Position numbers and translations under genes: made by a program. The notes under the pieces were generated by a model, which was given only the letters and a program-made list of their open reading frames with translations, was not told the DNA's origin and did not search any database. 64,000 nt of DNA from Planctomycetota bacterium (GTDB lineage Bacteria; Planctomycetota; JAJSAM01; JAJVHW01), in the NCBI GenBank assembly GCA_965248445.1, contig CBDFJG010000004.1, forward strand, positions 640,001 through 704,000, in the 5' to 3' direction. Below, in pieces: positions 40,101 through 48,214 of this stretch; within the stretch, counting starts at the first letter, position 1, and the number at the start of each line of letters is the position of its first letter.

Positions 40101-40438
40101 ACATCTTCTCCCAGGCCGTGAAGTCGGTCTCGCTCGGTCCACTGATCGGCATGCGCACCTGGGGCGGCGTGGTCGGCATCGACATGGCGAAGACGCTGGT
40201 CGACGGTGGTCAGACCTCCCAGCCGGAGTACGCGTTCTGGTTCCCCGGCGTCGGGTGGAGCGTGGAGAACCACGGAGTCGAACCGGACATCGAAGTCGAC
40301 CTGACACCGGCCGATGCGTTGCGGGGCGCTGACCCGCAGCTCGACCGCGCGATTCACGAGGTCCTGACCCGCCTGGAGGCTACGCCGCCGGTACCTCCCG
40401 ATCCGGGTCCGCTGCCCAATCTGCGCCACCCGGCGTGA
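37184..40438 (+). CDS. Tricorn protease (peptidase S41) with PD40 propellers and a PDZ domain
   Basis: WWKRYAGG, GELGTSHAY, VGYIHIPNM, DARYNGGG, catalytic AGSDGD, RTWGG, VENHGVEPD. Start may be ATG 37190. Confidence 0.95.
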   Translation: MDMHESDSASGSAYVRHPTIRGDRIAFSAEGDLWEADAGGGDARRMTSSAAVCSFPRYSPDGKYIAFSSADEGPPAVWVMPAGGGPARRLTFHATPDQVVGWSLDSEHVVFRTLSVVGIRAFTLARVPVGGGAVEGLSYGRGTGIAYHADGDRVALHRHGGDPAWWKRYAGGRAGRLWIGRHSTGEFEPVPGGPRTDACPMWIGDQLWFLSDQDGMGDIWCADADGSHRRRVTSHDAYFARHPEQDAGRIVYSMGGRLMLLDTNEINPEPREIPVSARGHSVTSRRKFVSAADGVESHALSFAGSTALFSIRGRVAALPCWGGAARIIAAPDGVRFRCARPLGNTGRFAAIAQWDENSHVVLIPEDGIGNDMSRATDLGHVGRRIRAIEVSPDGKRIAVLDQGRGVHVMTLSEDGSSAETVMVDDDGQSWVRRAAWSPCGTWLAYARQLTWWSSHLFLWNVVTGERTPLSTGEFSDAAPDWDPAGRFLAFLSARELDPVYSAVQHDFEFVAPTRAYAIALRKGERLPFAAEAELPPKEVEPVTEPLAVDLDGIQDRVAVLPFKPGNLTQVLCATSGVGVVRYPTVGAHASEDEQHAGPNAKPAKLEILDHREREVQTAVDGMSGASASGDAKRWIVRAGKRFRVIDAAKSREENPFKKKKDTSTPSSGWLDLGRVRFHVTPRAEFGQILREAWSLQRDHFYDEGLVSVDWDACLERYSALLPRIRTREELIDLLWEMQGELGTSHAYAFGGDVPAEKQYSPGLLGCDFAQDGTTGAYRIDRIYRGDPWQEKQHSPLAAAGVEVSEGDWLLAVDGLPVGRETHPGERLLERAGRSVVLRLAASADGADARDVTVTPTRDETLLRYRAWVDDNERRVSEASDGRVGYIHIPNMGPWGATEFHRTFLWQVIQKRALVVDARYNGGGNISAILLAKLMRPIIGWTFTRYGGARTYPSHAPLGPIVVLTNENAGSDGDIFSQAVKSVSLGPLIGMRTWGGVVGIDMAKTLVDGGQTSQPEYAFWFPGVGWSVENHGVEPDIEVDLTPADALRGADPQLDRAIHEVLTRLEATPPVPPDPGPLPNLRHPA

Positions 40439-40510
40439 GCCCAATTGCGTGATAGAGTTCATGGGTTCGGACGGGTTGCCCTGACCCGCCGACCGGACCG
40501 GGAGGCCCTC

Positions 40511-41350
40511 ATGCGCACGCGTCACTTCTTCGTCCTCGGAGCGCTCGCGCTCGCACTGACCACGTTCAACTCCACGTCCGCCGAAGCGGGTTGATGCCCT
40601 CGCGGAGGAGGTGTCGCCGGCGGCGGCATGAGCGCGGGCGCGGGAATCGGCGGCGGCGGATTCGGCGGAGCTGCTGCATCCGGTGTGGCCGGCGAGGGCA
40701 CGACCACCGGCATCGTCTGGATCGAGGCGGCGCTCACCGCGCCGGCCGCGATCACCGGTGAGGCCGCTACGAAGGAAACGCTCGAGCAACACCTGCACAA
40801 GATCCTCGAGTCGAGCGAGTGGGACCCCAAGCCGACGTTGCTCTACTTCCATCACGAGCACGACGTCGACGAGGAGGAGGGCGAGAAGCTCACAGCGCAG
40901 GGCAAGCTGAGCCTCAAGCAGTGCAAGTCGCTCGACGACGAGAAGGTCGCGCGCTGGAGCCAGCTCTACAAGTTCGTCGAGGTGAACGTGCCGACGAGCG
41001 AGAACGAACTGCTCGCACGCTTCAAGGCAGGCAACGGGCCGTCGTTCACGATCATCAACCAGGACCTCGAAGTGAAGGCGTCGAGCGGCACCCTCGGCAA
41101 TTCGAAGGGCGTCGTCTCGTTCCTGCAGTCGACGGTGAAGAAGCACTTCCCGGACTACTGGAAGCAGGTCCAGGACCGGCTCGACCTGCAGAAGAAGGCG
41201 CTCAAGGACGCGCGCTCGCTCGAGAAGTCCAAGAAGTACGACGAGGCGCTGGACCGCGTTCGCGAAGTCACGGGTTCGCAACTCCGCATCGGACCGCAGT
41301 ACGACGACGCCGTCAAACTGGGAGCCAAGATCCGCAAGAAGCTCGACTAG
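40511..41350 (+). CDS. Putative exported selenoprotein: signal peptide, G-U-C-P, Gly-rich linker, thioredoxin-like domain, helical tail (279 aa)
   Basis: GGAGG 5 nt before ATG 40511. MRTRHFFVLGALALALTTFNSTSAEAG-TGA(40592-40594)-CPRGGGVAGGG is in frame with ORF 40628-41350 (GIVW..KPTLLYFH..YKFVEVNV..GPSFTII). Confidence 0.7.
40598..40638 (+). promoter_or_regulatory. Putative bacterial SECIS element
   Basis: Upper stem gtgtcgcc/ggcggcat (40611-40629, two GU pairs) with a G-starting loop ggc 24 nt after the UGA. Lower stem ccctcgc/gcgcggg with one mismatch. Confidence 0.5.
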
Positions 41351-41352
41351 AG

Positions 41353-42447
41353 CTAGCGGCCGCGGATCCGGCGCAGCGCGTATCGGGTGCGCAGGAACAA
41401 CGTGAGGCGGTGCTCCTTCGGGAGCATCGCCTCCGTGCGTTCCAGGAATGCGCGCACGGCGGGCCGATGGGCCTCCCGATCGCCGCGCGTCCATGCCCTC
41501 GCGCAGGCAACACGCTGCCGGTACCACGCCAGCCGACCCGACCGCTGGGGGCGGATCGATCCGCTGTCCACGATCTGGAACGCCGTGCCGTCGTAGATGA
41601 GGTTGTCCGCGTTCAAGCCGCTCACGAACGTGTGCGCCTTCACGAGCTTCGCAAGCAGACCTGCCAGAGCGAGAGCCCGCGGATCGTCGGCACGGACGAG
41701 AGACTCGTCGTCCTCCCGCAGCAGCATGCCGAGCGACGACCCCGCAACGTACGGCTGCAAGATCGTACGGCCGTCCGGCGCCCACGCCGCCACGGCGCTC
41801 GAGACGCCGAGACGTCCCCACTCGAGCGAGCGGCGCACCTGGGACTCCAGGTCCCGCCGCGTGCGCGGCCCGTCGTCGGCCGGGATCTTCCACGCGAACT
41901 CGGCGCCGTCGGAACTCCGACGAACGCGCGCGACGCGCGACGTCTTGCCGGACCCGAGGCGCAGGTCCACGAGTTCGTAACCCGCGGGCACTGCCGGAGT
42001 GACCGAATCGAGCAGGCTCTGCATCTCGCCCGCATCGCACGCGTCCACGAGACGCAGCCACGCCGCGCGCTCGGCGTACGAACTCAGCGTGAGGGCGTGG
42101 TAGAGCAGATCGAAGATCGGCGCTTCGCCGTGCAGATCGACGAACACGAAACGGTGCAGGTGCGCGCGCAGTTCATCGTCGGCGTGGCCCACCACCGCGC
42201 GCAACAGCGGCGCCGAGCGCCGTACGTCCGGACGGCGGAGCAGTGTTTTCGCGAGCGTCGCAGCCCCCTCGGCACCCGTCCGGTCCAGCGACGCGGCGAG
42301 CGTCGCTTGCATGGCGGCGGCATCCTCGCCGCGGAGTCCGGCGGCCACCTGATCAACAGCCGCCTCACTGTCGACGCCACGTAGCCGGGCGAGCAGCGCG
42401 ATCGGTCCAGCGCCCGCAATCCCTCCGGAGTCGTTCGTCGCTGTCAC
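41353..42447 (-). CDS. Protein kinase-like fold protein (possible pseudokinase)
   Basis: LGSGKTSRV Gly loop, AWKI lysine, LQPYVAG, GLNADN catalytic loop, IVDSG. Confidence 0.6.
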   Translation of the reverse strand: MTATNDSGGIAGAGPIALLARLRGVDSEAAVDQVAAGLRGEDAAAMQATLAASLDRTGAEGAATLAKTLLRRPDVRRSAPLLRAVVGHADDELRAHLHRFVFVDLHGEAPIFDLLYHALTLSSYAERAAWLRLVDACDAGEMQSLLDSVTPAVPAGYELVDLRLGSGKTSRVARVRRSSDGAEFAWKIPADDGPRTRRDLESQVRRSLEWGRLGVSSAVAAWAPDGRTILQPYVAGSSLGMLLREDDESLVRADDPRALALAGLLAKLVKAHTFVSGLNADNLIYDGTAFQIVDSGSIRPQRSGRLAWYRQRVACARAWTRGDREAHRPAVRAFLERTEAMLPKEHRLTLFLRTRYALRRIRGR

Positions 42448-42571
42448 GTTGGTCTCCGCACCCTACTCCCGGCGAGGCAGCCAACGCCGCCCCTTCGACC
42501 GGCGCGGTCCCGGGTCGAGGGAAATGGGTCCGCCCCGCTAACCTCTCCGAGCCGACGGGGGACCACCGACC

Positions 42572-42795
42572 ATGCCATCACGCTTCCGTACCGCCGCTGC
42601 AACTGCGCTCGCACTGGCAATGCTCTGCTCCAGCGCCGCCGCCGATGACGGCGCGACGCGCGAGTGGAACCAGTTCCGGGGCTCGGCGGCGCGAGACGGG
42701 TTCGTCGAGATGGAATCCGTCAAGTCCGTGCCGGAGATCATCTGGAAGCACACCCTTCCGGGGCCGGTGGTCGGAGAGCCGGTGACGTGGAGTGG
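42572..42795 (+). pseudogene. 5' fragment of a PQQ-like beta-propeller (BamB-like) protein interrupted by the IS
   Basis: Signal peptide and EWNQFRGSAARDG...IIWKHTL.GP, a typical PQQ_2 N-terminus. The frame stops at a TAA inside the IS terminal repeat. Confidence 0.75.
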
Positions 42796-44295
42796 GTAAC
42801 CGTTCACCCCTTGACAGCGTGTGAGCCTCAGCGTGCGACGGGCAGCGGGACCATGACGGGCGGGTCGGCGCCGGTGAGGTGCGCGGCGACCGAGTCGGCG
42901 AGGAAGTCGAAGACTTGGTCGCCACGGCGTCGCAGCGTGGCCGCGGCGGTCAACACGCGCTCGGCGAAGCGGAGTCCGCGAGCGGACTGGCTTCCGAAGG
43001 AGCCCTTGCGCCAGAGCACCGCTTTGCGGACCGCGCGCTCGGCGGCGTTGTTCGTCGGACTCACGTCCTGGGTCCGCGCATAGGTGAAGAGGGCGACCAC
43101 GCGGGGGCGCAGATGGTTGGCCAGAGCCGAGTCGTCGTTCGCGATCAGTCGCTCGAGCCGTCCGCGCAGCACAGCGGCTTCGCCTTGCAGCCGGTCACGG
43201 TCGCCGTGCTCACCGAAGAGCCGGTAGCTGCGCATGACCGACTGCGCGATCATGACGCCCTTGTTGCCGAAGCGGCGATGTCCTCGCGGGCCTTCGGCCA
43301 GCGCACGGAAGGCGCGCTCGATGTGCGCCCAGCAGAGCTGGCGGCGGGCAAGTGGGTGTGACTCGTAGGCACCCATCCGGTCGCTGATCACCGTGCCACC
43401 GAAGCGCCGCCCGATCAGCCGCCCTTTCGCCTTGGCACTGCGGCGGCGATCGATCCCGAAGGCTGTGGCGTGCTCGCTCTCCGCCGCCCACAGCCAGCAC
43501 ACCCGGCCCCGTTCCTTCCACGACGTCTCGTCCACGTTGGCTCGCAGCGACGTGCGGACTGCCCCGAGGGCTTCGAGGTACGACGAGTGCAGAGCGTCAC
43601 TGAGCCGACGCTCACAGTCGCTGATCTTGCCCAGCGACATCTTCACACCGAAGATCTCACCGAGCAGCCGCTGCGTCTCCCGCACGCTCACGCGGTACAC
43701 GCCGCGCAGCGCGCCGGCAAGTGTGGTCAGCCGCGGACCGAAGGCCCCGGTCGGCACGCCATCGGGCAGGACCGCCGTCGTGACCGCACGACAGCGCCGG
43801 CACCGCGCCTTGTGCAGCCGGTGCTCCCGCACCGTGACGAGCACGCGCGGGAGCACCGTCACCTGGTGCCGGTACGGATCGCCGATGCCCTGCTCGAGAT
43901 CGTCGTGTCCGCACGCGTCGCAGAGGTCGGGACGGTGCTCCTTGGTCTCATCGACGTTGGACGGATCCACCAGCTCGCGCGCCGTGCCCTCATGGCCCGG
44001 CTGTCCGCCCTGCTTGCGACCGCTACGCGGCCTTCGGCCGCGACGGCGCTTGGACCACGCCGGGTCCGACGACGGAGGCCTCGAGCTGTTGCGGGAGTCA
44101 CGCTTCAGACGCGACTCGAGCTCGTCGATGCGGCGCAGATGCTTCGCTTCGCGACGCTCCAGCTCCTCGATCCAGGCCAGAAGGCCCTCGACCATCGCCC
44201 GCAGATCCTCGTCCTGCCGCTCGCCCACAACCTCTTGATCGACCGATGGCCGAACGATCTGGATCCTGGCTCGCGACGAAGGGGTGAACGGTTAC
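42796..44295 (-). mobile_element. IS66-family insertion sequence (single ORF, ISBst12-like group), 1500 bp
   Basis: Perfect 17-bp terminal inverted repeats GTAACCGTTCACCCCTT (42796-42812) and AAGGGGTGAACGGTTAC (44279-44295) around an IS66 transposase. No target duplication seen. Confidence 0.92.
42828..44228 (-). CDS. IS66 family transposase
   Basis: Leucine zipper, NSSRPPSSD, GGQPGHEG, CxxC zinc motifs, VDETSW, ISDR, QLCWAH, PTNNAAERAVR. Confidence 0.95.
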   Translation of the reverse strand: MGERQDEDLRAMVEGLLAWIEELERREAKHLRRIDELESRLKRDSRNSSRPPSSDPAWSKRRRGRRPRSGRKQGGQPGHEGTARELVDPSNVDETKEHRPDLCDACGHDDLEQGIGDPYRHQVTVLPRVLVTVREHRLHKARCRRCRAVTTAVLPDGVPTGAFGPRLTTLAGALRGVYRVSVRETQRLLGEIFGVKMSLGKISDCERRLSDALHSSYLEALGAVRTSLRANVDETSWKERGRVCWLWAAESEHATAFGIDRRRSAKAKGRLIGRRFGGTVISDRMGAYESHPLARRQLCWAHIERAFRALAEGPRGHRRFGNKGVMIAQSVMRSYRLFGEHGDRDRLQGEAAVLRGRLERLIANDDSALANHLRPRVVALFTYARTQDVSPTNNAAERAVRKAVLWRKGSFGSQSARGLRFAERVLTAAATLRRRGDQVFDFLADSVAAHLTGADPPVMVPLPVAR

Positions 44296-44342
44296 GCGGC
44301 TGCTGCTGCTCGGTGCCTCATTCGTGCAGCATGCATAACAAG

Positions 44343-44405
44343 CGGGCGGGCGCAAGTGGTTCCAGCCCATCCTCTGACGAGGATGGCGCGGCCTGCGCCC
44401 GCCCG
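44343..44405. repeat. Nested inverted repeat (REP-like hairpin) downstream of mscL
   Basis: 12-bp outer arms cgggcgggcgca/tgcgcccgcccg and an 8-bp inner stem ccatcctc-tgac-gaggatgg. Confidence 0.65.
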
Positions 44406-44428
44406 GGATCGCGGTCAGAGAGACCGGG

Positions 44429-44863
44429 CTAGCCGAGGTCTGCTGTGCAGTTCGGGCAGCGGGTCGCCTTGATCGGGATGTTCGTGCAGCACTTGGCGCA
44501 CACCTTCTCCGACGGCGGCGGCGGTGCCTCCGCTTCCTTCGCCTTGGCCGAGTTCATGGCCCTGATCACCATGAAGATCGCGAACGCCACGATCAGGAAG
44601 TCGATCGTGTACTGGACGAACTGGCCCCAGCCGACCGCGACCTCGGCGATCGCCGTGACGCCCTCGGACGCCTCGACGCCCTCGGTCAGGACGATCTTGT
44701 TGTCGGCGAAGTTGACCCCGCCGGCGAACGAGCCGACCACCGGCATCAGGATGTCACCTACGAACGAGCTGACGATCTTGCCGAACGCTCCGCCCAGGAT
44801 GATGCCGACCGCCATGTCCATGACGTTGCCGCGCATCGCGAAGCCTTTGAATTCACTGATCAT
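44429..44863 (-). CDS. mscL: Large-conductance mechanosensitive channel with a C-terminal zinc-ribbon-like tail
   Basis: EFKGFAMRGNVMDMAVGIILGGAFGKIVSSFV.DI.MP, FLIVAFAIF. Tail CAKCC..IP.KATRCPNCT. Confidence 0.95.
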   Translation of the reverse strand: MISEFKGFAMRGNVMDMAVGIILGGAFGKIVSSFVGDILMPVVGSFAGGVNFADNKIVLTEGVEASEGVTAIAEVAVGWGQFVQYTIDFLIVAFAIFMVIRAMNSAKAKEAEAPPPPSEKVCAKCCTNIPIKATRCPNCTADLG

Positions 44864-45005
44864 GCCCACGTGAGGAATCCTCCGACGAGTTGAAGGGGCA
44901 CCGCCGCCGACCACGTCTCCCCACGTCTGCCTCTTACGTGTCGTCCTTGCCCCAGGACCGGAGGAATCTAGCCAAACGGGCGCCGGGACCTACATCTCCT
45001 GAGGG

Positions 45006-46184
45006 TCACGGCAGGCGTCGCGGCGGGGCGGGACCGGCACCGCGCCGGATGGCCGAGGCGCCGTGCCGGTCTCGGATCGCGTCCATCGCCTCATCGAGGC
45101 GGCTGTCCCGGGCCGTCCCCGGGTCGTCGAACAGGCCCAGCTGCCCTCCGCCGCCACGCAGGTCCCCGGCGGAGAATCCGATCAGGCGGACTGGCTGGAA
45201 CGACTCACTGCACCACCGCTCGAACAGTGCCCGGGCGGCGGCTCCGAGGGCGCTGGTCGTGTCGGCCGGGGCGGCGAGCGTGGTCTGCCGGGTGACCGTC
45301 TCGAAGTCGCCGAAGCGGACCCTGATCGTCACCGTCCGCGCTCTCACACCCGCCTTGCGGAGTCTGCGGGACACCGCGTCGACGTGCAGGTCGAGCACCC
45401 GCCGGACCTCGACCGGGTCGGCGAGGTCCTCGCCGAATGTGCACTCCTGCCCGACGCTCTTGGCTCGCGCGTCGGAGATCACCGGACGCGGGTCTTCGCC
45501 TCGGGCCAGGCGGTTCAGTCGGTCGCCGAGCGAGCCGGCCAGCGCCACGAGCCGGGCTGCATCCGACGCCGCCACGTCGCCGAACGTATGCAGGCCGGCC
45601 TTGCGGAGTCGCTCGGCGGTCTTGGGCCCGACACCCCAGAGACGCTCTATCGGCAACGGCGCCAGCCACTCCGACGTGCCCCGCCGTGGGACGACCGTGA
45701 GTCCGTCGGGCTTGTCTATGTCCGAAGCGAGTTTCGCGAGGAACTTGTTCGGTGCGACGCCGACGGACGCGGTCAGCCCGATCTCGGCGCGAATGCGCGC
45801 GCGCAGACGCTCAGCGAACGCCACCGGATCTCCGAGGACGCGCGCCGTCCCGGTCAGGTCGAGGAACGCCTCGTCGATGCTGAGCGGCTCGACCACCGGC
45901 ACCGACTCCTCGAGGATCGCGAACATGCGGCCGGACGCCTCGGCGTAGCGCCGCATGTCGCCGGGGACGATGATCGCGTGCGGACACATGCGCTTGGCCC
46001 GCGACATCGGTTGCGCAGAGCGGCAACCGTACTTGCGCGCTTCGTACGACGCCGCGGCCACGACGCCGCGCGGACCGTCGTGCCCCACGAGCACCGGCTG
46101 TCCGCGCAGTTCCGGCCGGTCACGCTGCTCGACCGACGCGTAGAACGCATCCATGTCGATGTGCAGAACGGTCCTCTCCGTCAC
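45006..46184 (-). CDS. dinB: DNA polymerase IV
   Basis: LHIDMDAFYASVE, ASYEAR.YG, SIDEAFLD, NKFLAKLASD..KPDG. Confidence 0.95.
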   Translation of the reverse strand: MTERTVLHIDMDAFYASVEQRDRPELRGQPVLVGHDGPRGVVAAASYEARKYGCRSAQPMSRAKRMCPHAIIVPGDMRRYAEASGRMFAILEESVPVVEPLSIDEAFLDLTGTARVLGDPVAFAERLRARIRAEIGLTASVGVAPNKFLAKLASDIDKPDGLTVVPRRGTSEWLAPLPIERLWGVGPKTAERLRKAGLHTFGDVAASDAARLVALAGSLGDRLNRLARGEDPRPVISDARAKSVGQECTFGEDLADPVEVRRVLDLHVDAVSRRLRKAGVRARTVTIRVRFGDFETVTRQTTLAAPADTTSALGAAARALFERWCSESFQPVRLIGFSAGDLRGGGGQLGLFDDPGTARDSRLDEAMDAIRDRHGASAIRRGAGPAPPRRLP

Positions 46185-46213
46185 GCTGTCAGCGTAACGG
46201 CCGGCCGGGACCG

Positions 46214-47494
46214 TCAGCTGCCGGGACTCTCTCCCGGCGGGACCCTCCGTCTCCAGAGCGTCCACGCCGCCGACGGGATGACGAGCAGAATCGAGAGCGC
46301 CACCAGCATCGTGCGGATGTCACCGCCCAGCCAGTCGAGCACGTATCCGCCGACCGCGCTGCCGATCGCGCTCGCGAGCGTCAGTAACCCGAACTCGACG
46401 GAGAACACACGGCCTCTCACTGTCGTCGGGACGTACATCATCAGTAACTGTGTCGCGAACACCCAGTTGAGCCCGGCTCCCGCGCCCCTCAGGAACGACC
46501 CCGCCAGCACCACTGGAAAGACCGTTCCGTACGCCACGATGCACATGCCGGCACCAGCCATCAAATAGGAGTACGTGAGGGCCCGCCGCATCGACGGGAC
46601 GTGGTCGCCGGTGATCCTGCGCGCCACAAGGGGCGCGACTCCGGTGCCGACGCCGACGCACGCGTACATCATGCCGAGGCCGGTGCTGCCCCCCTCGCCG
46701 ATCACGAAGTCGCGCTCGGTCAGCGCCGCTTGCGCAACCGCGAACGGGCCGGAGACGATCAGCGCGCTCGACGCCTTGTGGCAGGCCGTCGCCATGACGT
46801 CGGGGTTGCGCCGTAGGTAGCCGAGTCCCGACGCGAACGCGTTGAACGTGCCCGACGGCGACCCGGACATCCCATGGCCGCCCCGCACTGTGATCCGCGC
46901 GACCACGGCTGCGGACACGAGGAACGTGATCGCGTCGATGAGGAAGCAAGGCGTCGTGCCGAGCTGACCGGCCACGACGCCGCCGAGCGCCGCTCCGAGA
47001 GCCAGCATCACGGACCACGTCGCTGCACCGAGCGCCGTGGCGGTGCCGATGTCCGCGCGTTCGACCAAGTCGGGGAGAATCGCGTTGCGCGCTGGGTAGA
47101 AGAAACCCGACACGAAGAGCTGCGCGAACGTCAGCACGTACAGCAGCCAGACGCGGTCGGGGCTGTCGACCAGCAGGAATCCGAGCACGATGACGGCGCG
47201 CGCCAAGTCCGTCGCGATCAGAATCGTGCGCCGCGGCAGACGGTCCGCGAGCACGCCGGCCACCGGACTCGCGAGGAACGGCGCGATCATCCGCGCCGCG
47301 AACAGGAGGCCGACGGCGAGGCCGGAGCCCGTCAGCGAGGTGATGAGGGTGACCGTCGCGATCAGGTTGAACCAGTCGCCGAGAAGACTGGAAACCTGGC
47401 CGAGCCACAGCCGGCGGTAGTCGGCGTTCTCGCGAACGAGCTGAACGTAACCGCGTGCCGCGGGTGCGGAATCGGCGGAGGCGTGGTCGGGCAT
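46214..47494 (-). CDS. MFS transporter (DHA3/macrolide-efflux-like)
   Basis: YRRLWLGQ..S.LGDW, GVLADRLPRR, RGRVFS, about 12 TM helices. Confidence 0.9.
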   Translation of the reverse strand: MPDHASADSAPAARGYVQLVRENADYRRLWLGQVSSLLGDWFNLIATVTLITSLTGSGLAVGLLFAARMIAPFLASPVAGVLADRLPRRTILIATDLARAVIVLGFLLVDSPDRVWLLYVLTFAQLFVSGFFYPARNAILPDLVERADIGTATALGAATWSVMLALGAALGGVVAGQLGTTPCFLIDAITFLVSAAVVARITVRGGHGMSGSPSGTFNAFASGLGYLRRNPDVMATACHKASSALIVSGPFAVAQAALTERDFVIGEGGSTGLGMMYACVGVGTGVAPLVARRITGDHVPSMRRALTYSYLMAGAGMCIVAYGTVFPVVLAGSFLRGAGAGLNWVFATQLLMMYVPTTVRGRVFSVEFGLLTLASAIGSAVGGYVLDWLGGDIRTMLVALSILLVIPSAAWTLWRRRVPPGESPGS

Positions 47495-47500
47495 GCGGGT

Positions 47501-47693
47501 GTAGGGGCGGACCGCTGCGCCCGCCCGCGAATGGTACGGTGAGGGAGCGCCGCGCGCAGCGGCGCGAGCGAACGCCCGCGACCCGAGTCCGCGTGCCAGC
47601 GGACGAGGGGGCGAACGCCATGGACAATGGCGTTTGCAGCGGGATCCGAACCGACGAGGGTCTCGCGGGGCGGGCGCGGCGGCCCGCCCCTAG
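47501..47693. repeat. REPIN/MITE-like element bounded by inverted GTAG-type REP copies
   Basis: gtaggggcggaccgctgcgcccgccc at 47501 and an inverted copy gggcgggcgcggcggcccgcccctag at 47668-47693. Confidence 0.7.
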
Positions 47694-47704
47694 AGCCAAT
47701 TGAG

Positions 47705-48214
47705 CTAGCTCTGCTTCGAGTACACGTAGTGGAAGAGCTGGATCTCGTTGCCGTCCGGCAGTGCCATGTGGAAGTCGAACTCCCGCGTGCCGTCGTCGTT
47801 GCGCTTCTCGACGCTGCGGAAGGTCGTCATGTCCCCGGTCTGCATGTTCGGGCCCTGGCACGTCATCTCGAGAGTGGTCCCCTCCTCGTTCATGTCGCCT
47901 TCCATGACGAAGAGGTTGGTGCTCATCGAGTCGATCCACGTGCCGACCCACTTGCCGCGCCGCGTGTCATAGCCGCAGGTCGCGCGGCCGACGAACGGCG
48001 CCCCCATCATGTCGCACTCGAACTTGCTGACGGTCCAGAACGCCCCGACGGGCTCGACCGTCTCGACCGCGGTCTGCTCCATCGGGGGCTGCGACGGGTC
48101 CATGAAGTACTGGCACTTCACGTTCCATGTCCCCACGTTGCCGGAGAGCATCTCGTGCTCTCGGGTCGGCTTGGGCATCGCGCAATCGCCCCCCATCTCG
48201 CCTTGCTCTGCCAT
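47705..48214 (-). CDS. DUF1579 family protein
   Basis: P..EH..L...VGTW, MMGAPFVG....GYD....KWVGTWIDSM. AGGAGG RBS. Confidence 0.85.
   Translation of the reverse strand: MAEQGEMGGDCAMPKPTREHEMLSGNVGTWNVKCQYFMDPSQPPMEQTAVETVEPVGAFWTVSKFECDMMGAPFVGRATCGYDTRRGKWVGTWIDSMSTNLFVMEGDMNEEGTTLEMTCQGPNMQTGDMTTFRSVEKRNDDGTREFDFHMALPDGNEIQLFHYVYSKQS

Noticed and set aside
44330..44410. Possible integron attC site (GCATAAC followed by a hairpin)
   Set aside because: No matching GTTRRRY/GTTATGC box closes the structure, and there is no integrase or cassette array. It fits a REP-like hairpin better.
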